Position numbers and translations under genes: made by a program
Notes under the pieces: model-generated
Told to the model about the DNA's origin: nothing
What the model saw: only the letters and a program-made list of their open reading frames with translations
Database searches by the model: none
Shown here: positions 47,956-61,300 of the stretch, piece by piece
How positions within the stretch are numbered: the first letter of the stretch is position 1
How the letters are laid out: every line of letters starts with the position of its first letter
NCBI GenBank assembly: GCA_964645605.1
Contig: CAZYCE010000005.1
Span: forward strand, 362-64,361
Source: an uncultured Gammaproteobacteria bacterium
GTDB taxonomy: Bacteria > Patescibacteriota > Microgenomatia > UBA8517
Direction: 5' to 3'
DNA length: 64,000 nt

Positions 47956-49161
47956 CTAAAAGGCGCTGGACAAACTATAAATCGGCAATATTACGGCAAT
48001 CACCAAAAATCCCACACCAAGCCCCAGTATAACCATTACAACCGGCTCGATTGCCGAGGTTAATCCCTTGACCTTCTCATCGCTTTCCACCTCAAATATA
48101 CGACTGAGGTTGCCCAATATTTCTTCCATTTTGCCGGTTTCCTCACCGACAGCCACCATCTGACTAAGAATAAACGGGAATGCTTCCGGGTGCTTTGAAA
48201 AGGCAAAAGCAACAGGGAAACCCTTTTCAACTTGATTGGCGGCATCCGTTAAGGCCTCCGAGATAATGGTGTTACCGGCAACATCGGAGCTGATATGCAG
48301 TGCCTCCAATATAGACACGCCCGCTCCCACCATCATAGAAAGGGTGCGGGTAAGATCTGTAAGAATTATCTGGCGCTGCAGCGGGCCATAAATCGGAATT
48401 TTGAATATCAGCTCATCTACCTTGCGTCTACCCTCGGGGGTTGCTTTAAAAAGGCGGAAAATATAAAAGCCCACCAATAAAACAGCAAAAATTACAAACC
48501 AATATTTTGTTACAAAACCGGATACGGCAATCAAAATTCTTGTCGGAGCCGGAAGTGTTGCATTCATATCCGAATAGAGTGACAAAAGTTTAGGGATAAC
48601 AAAGATTAGCATTACGACTGCAACAATAACCATCCCGACAATAATTATGATCGGGTAAATAAGGGCGCCTTTGACTTTACTGCCGAATTCCTGCTGCTTT
48701 TCCAGATTGTCCGCAAGTCTTAAAAGAACCGCATCAAGGACACCTCCCACTTCTCCCGATTTAACAAGAGCGATATATGTTTTTCCAAAAACCTGGGGGT
48801 GCTTCAAAAGGGCATTGGAAAAAGATTCTCCCGCCTCAACATCGGCAAGAAGCTGGGCAATAATTGCCTGAAGGGATTTTTTAGACTGTGAACGAAGGAT
48901 CAAAAGTGCCTCGGTAATGGGAAGGCCGGCATTGATCATCGTCGAAAGCTGGCGGGTGAAGGTGGCAACATCTGAGGACGTAACTTTTTCCTTTCTTTTA
49001 CCTATCAATGAGAATATCGAACCCATTTTGGGATTCAATAAAATCACAAAAAGTCCCTTGCTTTTTATAAGCTTTGCGGCAGCATTAGCATCCGGCGCCT
49101 CAACTTCGCCTTTTACTACTCTTCCGGCGTGATCTTTTGCTTTGTAATTGAAACGCTTCAT
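47956..49161 (-). CDS. pilC: Type IV pilus platform protein PilC/GspF
   Basis: FTRQL.TM, GE..G.L, ALIYP, VGEETG, IEP. Confidence 0.93.
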   Translation of the reverse strand: MKRFNYKAKDHAGRVVKGEVEAPDANAAAKLIKSKGLFVILLNPKMGSIFSLIGKRKEKVTSSDVATFTRQLSTMINAGLPITEALLILRSQSKKSLQAIIAQLLADVEAGESFSNALLKHPQVFGKTYIALVKSGEVGGVLDAVLLRLADNLEKQQEFGSKVKGALIYPIIIIVGMVIVAVVMLIFVIPKLLSLYSDMNATLPAPTRILIAVSGFVTKYWFVIFAVLLVGFYIFRLFKATPEGRRKVDELIFKIPIYGPLQRQIILTDLTRTLSMMVGAGVSILEALHISSDVAGNTIISEALTDAANQVEKGFPVAFAFSKHPEAFPFILSQMVAVGEETGKMEEILGNLSRIFEVESDEKVKGLTSAIEPVVMVILGLGVGFLVIAVILPIYSLSSAF

Positions 49162-49172
49162 CGATGGGGTTT

Positions 49173-50231
49173 TTAAACGCCGCGGACCAGTCTCATTAAC
49201 TCGTCAGGTCTTAGGGACCATGTTTCCGCCTCTTCCAGTGTAACTTCTCCGTTTTTAACCAGAGTAGCAAGGGATTTCTCCAAGGTGGACATTCCGGTTT
49301 CCTGAGAAGTCTCAAGAATGCTTTCTATCTGGTGAGTCTTACCTTCACGAATGGCGGTTTTTATGGCGGTTGTTCCAAGCATGACCTCATAGGCAACGAC
49401 TCTACCTTTTTGGGTGGCCGGAATAAGCCTTTGAGAAAATACCGCCTCGATTACATTTGAAAGCTGAAGCTTGACCTGTTTTTGTTGCTCTTCGGGAAAA
49501 ACATCAACAATCCTGTCGATGGATTGGGCCGCCGAATTGGTATGCAGTGTGGCAAAAACAAGATGTCCGGTCTCGGCAACGGTCAGGGTCGCCGCAATGG
49601 TTTCATAATCGCGCATTTCTCCAACTAGCACAACGTCCGGGTCTTCCCTCAGAACAGATCTCAAGGCAATTTCCCAAGAGTGTGTGTCGCTTCTCATTTC
49701 CCTTTGGGAAATTATCGATTTGATTGGGTTAAAAATAAACTCAACGGGATCCTCAATTGTAACAATGTGACACGCCCTATTTTTATTGATTTCCTGAAGC
49801 ATTGTGGCAAGAGTAGTTGATTTTCCGTGACCAGTAGGTCCCGTAATTAAAACAAGTCCCTGCCTAAGGGTAGTAAAAGAATGCAGAAGCGGGGGAAGAC
49901 CCAGTGATTCCATGGTGGGAATTGTTAAAGGAATCAGTCTGAAGGCGGCCGCGTATGAATTTTTTTGTGTGTAAGCATTGACCCTAAATCTTCCTTTTTC
50001 CGAGAACGAAAGAGAAAAGTCCAGTTCTTTATTGACACTCAAGCGCTCCAATTGTTCGTTGGTAAGAATCTGTCTTAAAAGTTCACCTATCGCATCGGGA
50101 GTTAAAACACTTGTACCGGGAACCGGCGCAAGAACTCCATTGATTCTGATCATTGGCGGAATACCGACGATCAAATGAAGGTCACTGGCACTACTGTCTA
50201 CCACCATTTGGAGCAGTTGTTTGGTTTCCAT
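49173..50231 (-). CDS. pilT: Pilus retraction ATPase
   Basis: GPTGHGKST, TIEDP, LREDPD, AETGHLV, AIREGK. Confidence 0.95.
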   Translation of the reverse strand: METKQLLQMVVDSSASDLHLIVGIPPMIRINGVLAPVPGTSVLTPDAIGELLRQILTNEQLERLSVNKELDFSLSFSEKGRFRVNAYTQKNSYAAAFRLIPLTIPTMESLGLPPLLHSFTTLRQGLVLITGPTGHGKSTTLATMLQEINKNRACHIVTIEDPVEFIFNPIKSIISQREMRSDTHSWEIALRSVLREDPDVVLVGEMRDYETIAATLTVAETGHLVFATLHTNSAAQSIDRIVDVFPEEQQKQVKLQLSNVIEAVFSQRLIPATQKGRVVAYEVMLGTTAIKTAIREGKTHQIESILETSQETGMSTLEKSLATLVKNGEVTLEEAETWSLRPDELMRLVRGV

Positions 50232-50234
50232 ATT

Positions 50235-51983
50235 TTATTCTTGAGCAACACGCAGTACCTCTTCCACTGTAGTAATTCCTTCGACAACTTTCAAGTACCC
50301 ATCCTGTTTTAAGCTAATCATACCCTCTTCTTTACCCTGAGCATCTATTTCTGCAGCTGATGCACGTTCCAGAATTAATTTGCTGATTTTTTCCGTGACC
50401 GGCAAAACTTCAAAAATTCCGACTCTACCGTAATAACCGGAATTGCTACAATCCGGATCCCCCTTACCTTTATAAAACTTTACCTCCCCTTGAGGCTTCC
50501 AGAGCGGACCCAGTTCCTTTTGAACATTTTGCACAACCGGTGCTTCCGGAACATAAGCCTCCTTACAATCTTCGTGAATCCTTCTGACAACACGCTGCGC
50601 AACGATGCAGGTCATGGATGAAGCCAAAAGATACGGTTCCGCCCCCATATCCAATAAACGGGGAAGTGCACCGGATGCGTCATTGGTGTGCAAAGTAGAG
50701 AAAACCAAATGCCCGGTAAGAGAAGCTTGAATAGCCAAATCCGCAGTCTCTTGGTCACGGATCTCACCGACAAGAATAATGTTGGGGTCTTGCCTTAAAA
50801 ATGCCCTAAGTCCTCCCGCGAACGTAAGTCCCGCGGCAGGATTGATTTGAACCTGGTTAACGCCCGGAATTTTATACTCAACAGGGTCTTCCAGGGTCAC
50901 AATATTAACCTTCGAAGTGTTAAGTTTAGAGATGACGGAATATAAAGTAGTCGTTTTCCCGGAACCGGTCGGACCACAAATAAGTATGATCCCGTGGGGT
51001 CTTAGTATTGAATCCTGGAGATTTTTCAAACCCCTTCCCCTTAATCCAAGTTCAGGAAGATCGGGAACCCCACCGCTTTTTTTCAGAAGCCTCATAACGA
51101 TTTTTTCGCCCCAAGTGGTCGGCAAAGAGGATATACGGAGATCAACTTCCGCATCACTTCCTTTAAAATTAAATCTTCCGTCCTGAGGGATTCTTTTTTC
51201 ATCGATTTTCATTCCGCTTAAAATTTTTATTCTTGAAATAAGCGATTCGTGAAGCTCTTTAGGAATAGAAAGCTTTTCCTGTAATATTCCGTCAATACGG
51301 TAACGCACACGAGTGGACCTTTCCCCGGCCTCTATATGAACATCTGAGGCTCTGCTTTTAATGGCAAAGTCGAGTATTTGATCAACTATCTGGGCAATTT
51401 TCTCCTCACGAATAAATCCGCCTTTTGTTTTTTCGATTGCCGCAAGCTCTTCCTGTGCCGGAGCGACATCTTTCATCGCAGCGGTAACTTCTTGAGTAAG
51501 GGTGTTTGCGTAACGTGTCTGAATAAAATCTTCGATTTGCTTGGGAAGGGCTGCCTGGGGTTTAACGTGCATGCCCGTTTTTTGCTCGATAAACTCAATG
51601 GCGGAAAGATCCAAGGGGTCCGCCATTGCTAAAGTCATGCTTTTTTCTTTTATGTCTATTCCAACCGGGAAAACTTTAAAACGCTCGGCGACTTCAGACG
51701 GCAGGGCGGATAGAGCAGCCGGTGCAATGGGGGTAACCTCCAGATTAACAAAAGGAATATTATAAAGCTGAGATTTGGCCTGAACCAATTTTTCTTCAGG
51801 AACCATTTGTCCCTTCCTTATAATGTCCTCTTGTGGAGAGCCGCTTTGGATTTCAACCAGTTTTATCTTTTCAGCCCGTTTGCTGTCTAAAGCTCCAAGT
51901 TTAACCAAAACATCGGCAAGAGTATCTGGAACTCCATTTGTCTGATTTTGTACCGGTTGGGCAGTGGGCGGCATATCATCCAT
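50235..51983 (-). CDS. pilB: Pilus extension ATPase PilB/GspE
   Basis: ASDVHIE, PQDGR, GPTGSGKTT, LRQDP, TGHLVFSTLHTN. Confidence 0.95.
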   Translation of the reverse strand: MDDMPPTAQPVQNQTNGVPDTLADVLVKLGALDSKRAEKIKLVEIQSGSPQEDIIRKGQMVPEEKLVQAKSQLYNIPFVNLEVTPIAPAALSALPSEVAERFKVFPVGIDIKEKSMTLAMADPLDLSAIEFIEQKTGMHVKPQAALPKQIEDFIQTRYANTLTQEVTAAMKDVAPAQEELAAIEKTKGGFIREEKIAQIVDQILDFAIKSRASDVHIEAGERSTRVRYRIDGILQEKLSIPKELHESLISRIKILSGMKIDEKRIPQDGRFNFKGSDAEVDLRISSLPTTWGEKIVMRLLKKSGGVPDLPELGLRGRGLKNLQDSILRPHGIILICGPTGSGKTTTLYSVISKLNTSKVNIVTLEDPVEYKIPGVNQVQINPAAGLTFAGGLRAFLRQDPNIILVGEIRDQETADLAIQASLTGHLVFSTLHTNDASGALPRLLDMGAEPYLLASSMTCIVAQRVVRRIHEDCKEAYVPEAPVVQNVQKELGPLWKPQGEVKFYKGKGDPDCSNSGYYGRVGIFEVLPVTEKISKLILERASAAEIDAQGKEEGMISLKQDGYLKVVEGITTVEEVLRVAQE

Positions 51984-52059
51984 TATGAAGAATTTTGGTC
52001 AGTCTCGCAAGTCCGCGCTTGACTTAGCAATTTTAAATTGTAAATTGTTAGTTACTACT

Positions 52060-54640
<2,581 letters not shown>

Positions 54641-54648
54641 ACTCCACA

Positions 54649-54697
54649 AAAAACCCGGATCTGATTACTGTGACATATTCATCCCCGGGTCTTTTCA
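54649..54697. terminator. Possible bidirectional terminator
   Basis: AAAAACCCGG...CCGGGTCTTTT between convergent genes. Confidence 0.5.
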
Positions 54698-54701
54698 AAA
54701 A

Positions 54702-54842
54702 TTATCCACTCATTGAGATAGCTGCCAATACAAAAATAAGAATTGCCAATACAATCAACAAAATACTTAATTTGTTGTCTACGTCTTTATGCAAAACACT
54801 CTTGTGGGCAACTTTTTTAACTGATTTTTTTGCTTTCGCCAT
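54702..54842 (-). CDS. Small basic single-TM protein (46 aa)
   Basis: GAGGTGA SD; MAKAKKSVKKVAHKSVLHKDVDNKLSILLIVLAILIFVLAAISMSG. Confidence 0.7.
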   Translation of the reverse strand: MAKAKKSVKKVAHKSVLHKDVDNKLSILLIVLAILIFVLAAISMSG

Positions 54843-54898
54843 TTTTTAATCACCTCATTCCCTGTATTTACCAGTATCGTGCTATTTGAAAGAATAAG

Positions 54899-55498
54899 TC
54901 AAGAGGATTTAGGGATCTGAAGAAAATAATGAATCCGATTTTTATAATCACCCCGCCTATAGGAGGGCAGGGAAGCATCCTCATAAGTGCAAAGACCGCT
55001 TATCTTTATATTTCTAATTTTAACTTTACATCTCAAAAGTTGTTGTTTCGCAACTTCGCCTAAATCAAGGTGTGTCTTTTCGTCGATTGTTTTTAGGGCT
55101 TTAGGATAATTAGAAAAAAGGGCTGCCACATCTTCTTTTACCTCGTAGTGCAGCGAGCAAATATGTGGTCCGATTTCTACAGTTAAGTCTGCCGGGTTAA
55201 CTCCGAAGTTTTTGACCATTTCCAAAATGGCATTTTCGATAATTCCCATATTGAGCCCACGCCAACCGGCATGAACAAGACCTATACTATTGGTAACGGA
55301 GTCATAAAGAGCAAGCGGGATGCAGTCGGCAACAGATATTTTTAAAAAAATTGCCGAATCGTTTGTAACAAGCCCGTCACAACCAATAATGGTCTTCCCT
55401 TTGTCCTTGGAAGAAACCACCGCGACTTTTGAACCATGGATCTGATCCATTCCCACACAATTGTCATTATTAATTTTTCGATTCTTCACTAAAATCAT
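54899..55498 (-). CDS. pgeF: YfiH/PgeF-family protein
   Basis: QIHG, DGLVT, ADCIP, HAGWRG, IGPHIC...YEV, CT, SYRR. Confidence 0.88.
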   Translation of the reverse strand: MILVKNRKINNDNCVGMDQIHGSKVAVVSSKDKGKTIIGCDGLVTNDSAIFLKISVADCIPLALYDSVTNSIGLVHAGWRGLNMGIIENAILEMVKNFGVNPADLTVEIGPHICSLHYEVKEDVAALFSNYPKALKTIDEKTHLDLGEVAKQQLLRCKVKIRNIKISGLCTYEDASLPSYRRGDYKNRIHYFLQIPKSS

Positions 55499-55607
55499 AA
55501 TTTATATTCAAAATTCTACCATTAAATTAACTATTGAAAAACAAAAAACGTTAATTTATAATTCTCGCAAAGGCTCACGGCGTTGAGTCTTTTAATTTTC
55601 CTATAAT

Positions 55608-57632
55608 ATGGATATACAACTTATTGCATTATTCGCTGCCCCGCTTACAGCAATCATTGCCCTTGTTTATGGACTTATACTGACAAAGAGAATTATCAAA
55701 GAAAGCGAGGGGTCGGGCAAACTTCAAGCAATAGGAAAAGCCGTAAGAGAGGGAGCCATGAGTTACCTCAAAAAACAATTTAGTGTTGTTTTCCCAATAA
55801 TGGCAGTTCTTGCAATCGTAATTGCCTTTACATTAGGAAAGGGGGTTGCCATTACCTTTCTTATGGGTGCAATATTTAGCGCAATCATAGGATTTTTCGG
55901 TATGTGGATTGCGGTACGGGCCAATGTCAGAACCGCCAACAACGCGATCAAGGGGCTTGCTCCCGCTTTAAAGACAGCTTTTGGCGCAGGCACCGTTAAC
56001 GGAATGCTTGTTGTCGGACTCGGGCTTCTCGGAGTCTCCTTAATCTATATGTGGTCGTACTTTACATACATTCCCATGGGTGCAGATGCAGTTGCCGCCC
56101 ATGCCACAGACGTTTTGGTAGGCTACGGATTCGGGGCCGCACTTTTGGCACTTTTTATGAGAGTTGGAGGCGGAATATTTACCAAAGCCGCTGATGTTGG
56201 AGCAGATCTTGTCGGAAAAATTGAAAAGGGAATTCCCGAAGACGATCCCAGAAATCCCGCAACTATTGCAGATAACGTGGGAGATAACGTGGGAGATTGT
56301 GCCGGGATGGCAGCTGACGTTTTTGAGTCATATGCTTTGACAATCGTTGCAGCTATGATCCTTGGCGGGGCTCTTTTTGGACTCAAAGGTGTAGTTTTTC
56401 CTCTTCTGGCCCGAAGCGGTGCAGTTTTAACCTCAATTTTGGGGACTTTCTTTGTTAAAGCAAGAAATGAGAACGAAAGCCCGTTAAATCCGCTTGTCAG
56501 AGGTTTTATAGTTTCGGCCGTTGCCGCCGTAATTATTTTTATGCTTTTGGCCATATTCCTTCTTCAGGAGCCCAAAGCCGGATACGCCGCGGTTACGGGA
56601 ATTATCGCAATGCTTGCGCTTTTATTCTTAACCAAACATTACACGGGGCCCGGAGAAAAGCCGATCATAGCAATTGCTAAATCCTCCCAGACGGGAGCCG
56701 GAACGAACCTTATCTCGGGATTGTCGATAGGCATGGAGTCTACATTCTTCTCGGTTCTAATTATTGCGGCCACAATATTCGCAGGTTATCTTCTGCTCGG
56801 ATTTTACGGAATCTCACTTGCCGGTATGGGAATGCTTGCGACAACCGGAATTATTATGTCTCTGGATACTTTTGGTCCGATCTCCGATAATGCTCAGGGT
56901 ATGGTCGAAATGGCGGGTTTGAAAGGTAAAGCTCCGAAAGTTACAGCGGATCTGGACGCCGTAGGAAATACCACAAAGGCCCTGACTAAAGGCTTTGCGG
57001 TTGGATCCGCGGCTGTTGCCGCGACGAGCCTTTTTGCGACCTATTTTGAAGCTACCGGTCTGACCACTATCGACATTGCTCATCCCAAAGTGTTTGTCGG
57101 TGTACTTTTGGGCGGCGCTCTGCCATTCCTTTTCTCATCCAGACTTATCGGTTCAGTGGGACGTGCAGCCTTCGAGGTTGTTGAAGAAGTCAGACGCCAA
57201 TTCAGAGAAATCAAGGGAATCATGCAAGGAAAAGCTTTGCCTGATTACAGTAAAGCTATCGCCATCGTAACCGCCGCTGCACAAAAAGAATTGGTCATAC
57301 CGGCGGCCCTTGTTGTCATCATGCCTATTCTTGTAGGTCTTTTGGGGGCTCAAGCTTTGGGTGGTTTTTTGGGAGGAGCAGTGGTTGTAGGACTAATGCT
57401 TGCATTCTTTATGTGCAATACAGGAGGAGCTTGGGATAATGCCAAAAAATATATCGAGGATGGAAACATGGGCGGCAAAGGAAGCGATACTCATAAAGCC
57501 GCGGTCGTAGGGGACACGGTCGGAGATCCGCTTAAAGATACTGCCGGCCCTGCATTAAACCCTATGATGAAAATTATCCAAATTGTTGCCCTTCTTATAG
57601 CGCCTCTTGTAATTACCTTAATAGGTAAATAA
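55608..57632 (+). CDS. hppA: Membrane-bound ion-translocating pyrophosphatase
   Basis: [51 protein letters not shown]. Confidence 0.97.
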   Translation: MDIQLIALFAAPLTAIIALVYGLILTKRIIKESEGSGKLQAIGKAVREGAMSYLKKQFSVVFPIMAVLAIVIAFTLGKGVAITFLMGAIFSAIIGFFGMWIAVRANVRTANNAIKGLAPALKTAFGAGTVNGMLVVGLGLLGVSLIYMWSYFTYIPMGADAVAAHATDVLVGYGFGAALLALFMRVGGGIFTKAADVGADLVGKIEKGIPEDDPRNPATIADNVGDNVGDCAGMAADVFESYALTIVAAMILGGALFGLKGVVFPLLARSGAVLTSILGTFFVKARNENESPLNPLVRGFIVSAVAAVIIFMLLAIFLLQEPKAGYAAVTGIIAMLALLFLTKHYTGPGEKPIIAIAKSSQTGAGTNLISGLSIGMESTFFSVLIIAATIFAGYLLLGFYGISLAGMGMLATTGIIMSLDTFGPISDNAQGMVEMAGLKGKAPKVTADLDAVGNTTKALTKGFAVGSAAVAATSLFATYFEATGLTTIDIAHPKVFVGVLLGGALPFLFSSRLIGSVGRAAFEVVEEVRRQFREIKGIMQGKALPDYSKAIAIVTAAAQKELVIPAALVVIMPILVGLLGAQALGGFLGGAVVVGLMLAFFMCNTGGAWDNAKKYIEDGNMGGKGSDTHKAAVVGDTVGDPLKDTAGPALNPMMKIIQIVALLIAPLVITLIGK

Positions 57633-57683
57633 GCACTTCGGTTGAACTCCGTCCGGTTTAGATACTATACTGATGGTAGCAGC

Positions 57684-58295
57684 ATGAGACGTTTTTCATT
57701 TGTCCTCATTGTAACGGGAATTGCAATTATTCTTTTTATCTTCGGTCCTGTCATTAAACAAGAGCTGGGTTACACCTTTGACAAATGGGCCGGTGTCAGA
57801 CACTCGGTTGAACCAAATGCTGCTTTAAATTTTCAAAAGCCAATTGTAATCCCAAATACGGATTTTTCGATAATTATTCCGAAGATAAACGCTTCCGCTC
57901 CGGTTATAGATGATGTTAATTCCACCGATTCCGCGGAGTATCTTAAAGCTCTAAAAAATGGCGTTGCCCATGCCAGGGGAACTCCTTATCCCGGACAGAT
58001 TGGAAACGTGTATCTTTTTGCCCACTCAACCGACGCTTTTTACAATGTAGGCAGATACAATGCGGTATTCTTCCTGATAGGGCATCTTACCCCGGGCGAT
58101 GAAATTGACATTTTTTACCGGGGCAGACTTTATAAATATGTTGTTTATGACAAAAAAGTAGTTGATCCTACAAGTGTTGAGTATTTGGGAACTTTAATAG
58201 ACGGTGAGAAAACATTGACGCTCCAAACTTGCTATCCTCCCGGGACAACACTAAAGAGACTTGTAGTTTTGGCAAAATTGGGTAACCTAGAATAG
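57684..58295 (+). CDS. Sortase
   Basis: N-terminal TM, AHS catalytic His, TLTLQTCYPPGT...R. Confidence 0.9.
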   Translation: MRRFSFVLIVTGIAIILFIFGPVIKQELGYTFDKWAGVRHSVEPNAALNFQKPIVIPNTDFSIIIPKINASAPVIDDVNSTDSAEYLKALKNGVAHARGTPYPGQIGNVYLFAHSTDAFYNVGRYNAVFFLIGHLTPGDEIDIFYRGRLYKYVVYDKKVVDPTSVEYLGTLIDGEKTLTLQTCYPPGTTLKRLVVLAKLGNLE

Positions 58296-58329
58296 TTATT
58301 GGCGTGGGGATAAATTTGACAACCCCTAA

Positions 58330-58364
58330 TCTGATAGTATAATCGGAAATTAGATGAAGAAATT
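58330..58364 (+). repeat. 35-bp exact direct repeat, copy 1 (-10 box plus start codons)
   Basis: tctgatagtataatcggaaattagatgaagaaatt, identical to 62932-62966. Confidence 0.95.
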
Positions 58365-61300
58365 GTCTTCGTTCATTGCTACTTTCTCTCTGCTGGCAAA
58401 TTCTGTTTTTGCTCCATTGTCTGTTTTAGCGGAAGAATCCCCGTCGCCGGAACCGACACAAACCCCTGCCGATATAACAATTGCACCATCGAAGAGTCCT
58501 TCTCCGGCACCCATATCCTTACCTGAGGTTGTCACCACAAATGAAGCAACGCCAACTTCAACACCAACTCCAATTCCCGAAATATCCGCTTTGGAAACTA
58601 TACCAACCCCCATACCCACCTCTGCACCCGAAACAAACAATTTTTCAGACTTAGAAAATATACAAACATCCGAAACAAGTGCCACGCTAGTCCCAACATC
58701 TGAGTGGACTTTTGAAAAAGTTGAATTAAATAAAGAATATGAAAGCCGGGGGGTTAAATTAACTTTTACCAAATTACCGGAAAATTCCGGAAATATAAAA
58801 ATAGAAGAAATTACCTTAACGCCGGAACAAATTAAACAAACTGGCTCACTTTCTGACAAGGCTTATGACATAACTTCCGATATGGCCGACGGTTCATTTA
58901 CTTACAACCTAACACTACCGGTTCCGGAATCCGCAAAAGATAAAAATGTAGATGTAAAGTTCGCCGAAGACATTTCCGAAATTAATTCCGCTCAAACAGT
59001 TGATAATACTATTATTAACACCGCCACCTCCGTTTCCGTCTCCGCCCTCGACCACTTTACTATTTTTGTGGTAACCACACCGGTACAGGATCCTGGTGGA
59101 GCATGCATAGACGTTACAGGAGCAACTAGTACTGATAAATGCTTTAACACTATTAAAGCCGCTATCAACGCCGCTATTGCCGGTGACACTATTAACGTTG
59201 CAGCTGGAACATACTTTGAGAATATTAATATAAATAAAAGTGTAGTTTTAGAAGGTATTGGTGACACTATCATTAAGCCTGACGTTCCATCACAACCTAT
59301 TATTACAATTTCTACTAGTGGGGTTAGTATAAAAAATATTGATATCGTAGGTACGGATAGTAATAGCCATGGAATTTATGTTCAAGGTAGTGGGCATAAT
59401 ACTATTTTGACGAATGTTTCTTCTACACATAATGGTGGAAATGGTATAGAGGTCAGTATCTCTGGAACACTAAATGATATCAAATTGAATAATTGTAATC
59501 TTAGTTACAATAACATTGGTTTTAGAACAGGTACTTCTTCAGGAATTAAAGGTTTAACCTTAACTGATGTCATTGCTGATTATAATCAAACCGCAGGATT
59601 ATATTTTAATGGCCCAATAACTGGATTAAATCTCAAAGGGGGAAGTTATAGCTACAACAAAGGTTCATCCGACCCTACTAATGGAGTAGGAATCTACGCC
59701 ACCCAATTTAATAACTTTGATACAAGCAATCAACTCTCAATCACATTAGAAGATTTTAGTGCCGATAATAATACTAGGGGAGTTATTTTAAACAAAACTT
59801 ATGGTCCTTTTTCAATTCTTAATGCATCTGTAAGTAATAATTCAGAAGAAGGTATAACCTTTGCTCCAGGTAAAGATATTTCTAGCGAAATAAGGTTGGA
59901 TAATCTAATTGTTAATAACAACTCTCTCTCTAACCTTTGGGTTATTTCCTATGGGACTTTTCATATATCTAACTTAAAAATAAGCAATTCCGAATTTAAA
60001 GATAGTAAAGATAATTCTTCACTAGGAAGAGGTTATGGCTTGTGGTTAGATGTCTTCGCTGATTCTCATCTTTCAGGTGTTGAAGTAAAAGGTAATGACT
60101 TTACAGGGAATAATACTGGAATATATTTGAATACACGTACCAGTTCAGGTACCCTAACGAATATCACCATAGAGGAAAACAATATATTCGGAAATACACA
60201 GGCTGGGGTAAATAACGTATCGTCAACAGTAGTAGATGCTACACACAACTGGTGGGGACATATAACAGGCCCTTCAAGAACAGATGTTGGCTCAGGGGAT
60301 TCTGTTAGCGCAAATGTTACCTATCAGGAATGGCTATGTGGACCTTATCCTACAAATTCAAATTGGGTTAGTGAAGTAGGTGTGTGTAAATTAGAAGCAC
60401 CCACACAAACAGGATACAACATTAACGATGGTACTACTGAATCCGAGCCTAGAAACCCTAACCAAATAGCTTGCACTGGAGGATACACAAATATAAATGG
60501 TATGTCTGTTCATTGGACTGATATGTCTAATGGAGATCCATTGATGAAATACATCCGACAATATTCTACAAATGGAGTTAATTGGTATGGAAATGAAATA
60601 TATTCTAAACCATATACAAACTATCGAAGTTTTGGTAGTGGTATAGAAGGGAAATACTATTCACAAGTTAAAGCATTCTATGATGTAGATAATGATAATA
60701 TATATGATACTAATGAGCCGATATCAGGTTGGAGCAATATATGTAGTATTACCTTCGATAAGACAACCCCTACCATATCCAATGTTAATGTTGATAAAAC
60801 CTTTGTAAAAGCAGGAGATACAGTAACAATAACAGCTAATGTAACCGATAATGGTGGTGTAAGCGCAGTATCCGCAGATTTTTCATACAATGAAAATTAC
60901 ACTTCAAGACCAACACCTACATCTGTAACTATGACTAAAACTTCTGGTAACACCTACCAGGTGCAATACACAGTACCATCAAGTTGGTCAGATGGAACAA
61001 TGTATATCAAAGTTGCTGCAAATGATTTAACGGGATCTAATTTGGTGAGGAGCACTGAATATAAGACTGTTCTAGTTGATAATACTCCTCCTTCTACACC
61101 ACAAATGTTAGGATTTAATAACCCAACACTATCATGTGGGGCAATTACTAGCGCTAATGTGGTAACCGTTGATTGGAGTGATTCAACAGATGACTTAGGG
61201 AGTGGCGTAAAGGGATATAACTATGAAATTAATTATCCGACTACAACGGGAGGAAGAGCCACCTATAATGCATTCTTTACAATATCAGAATATAGGGGTT

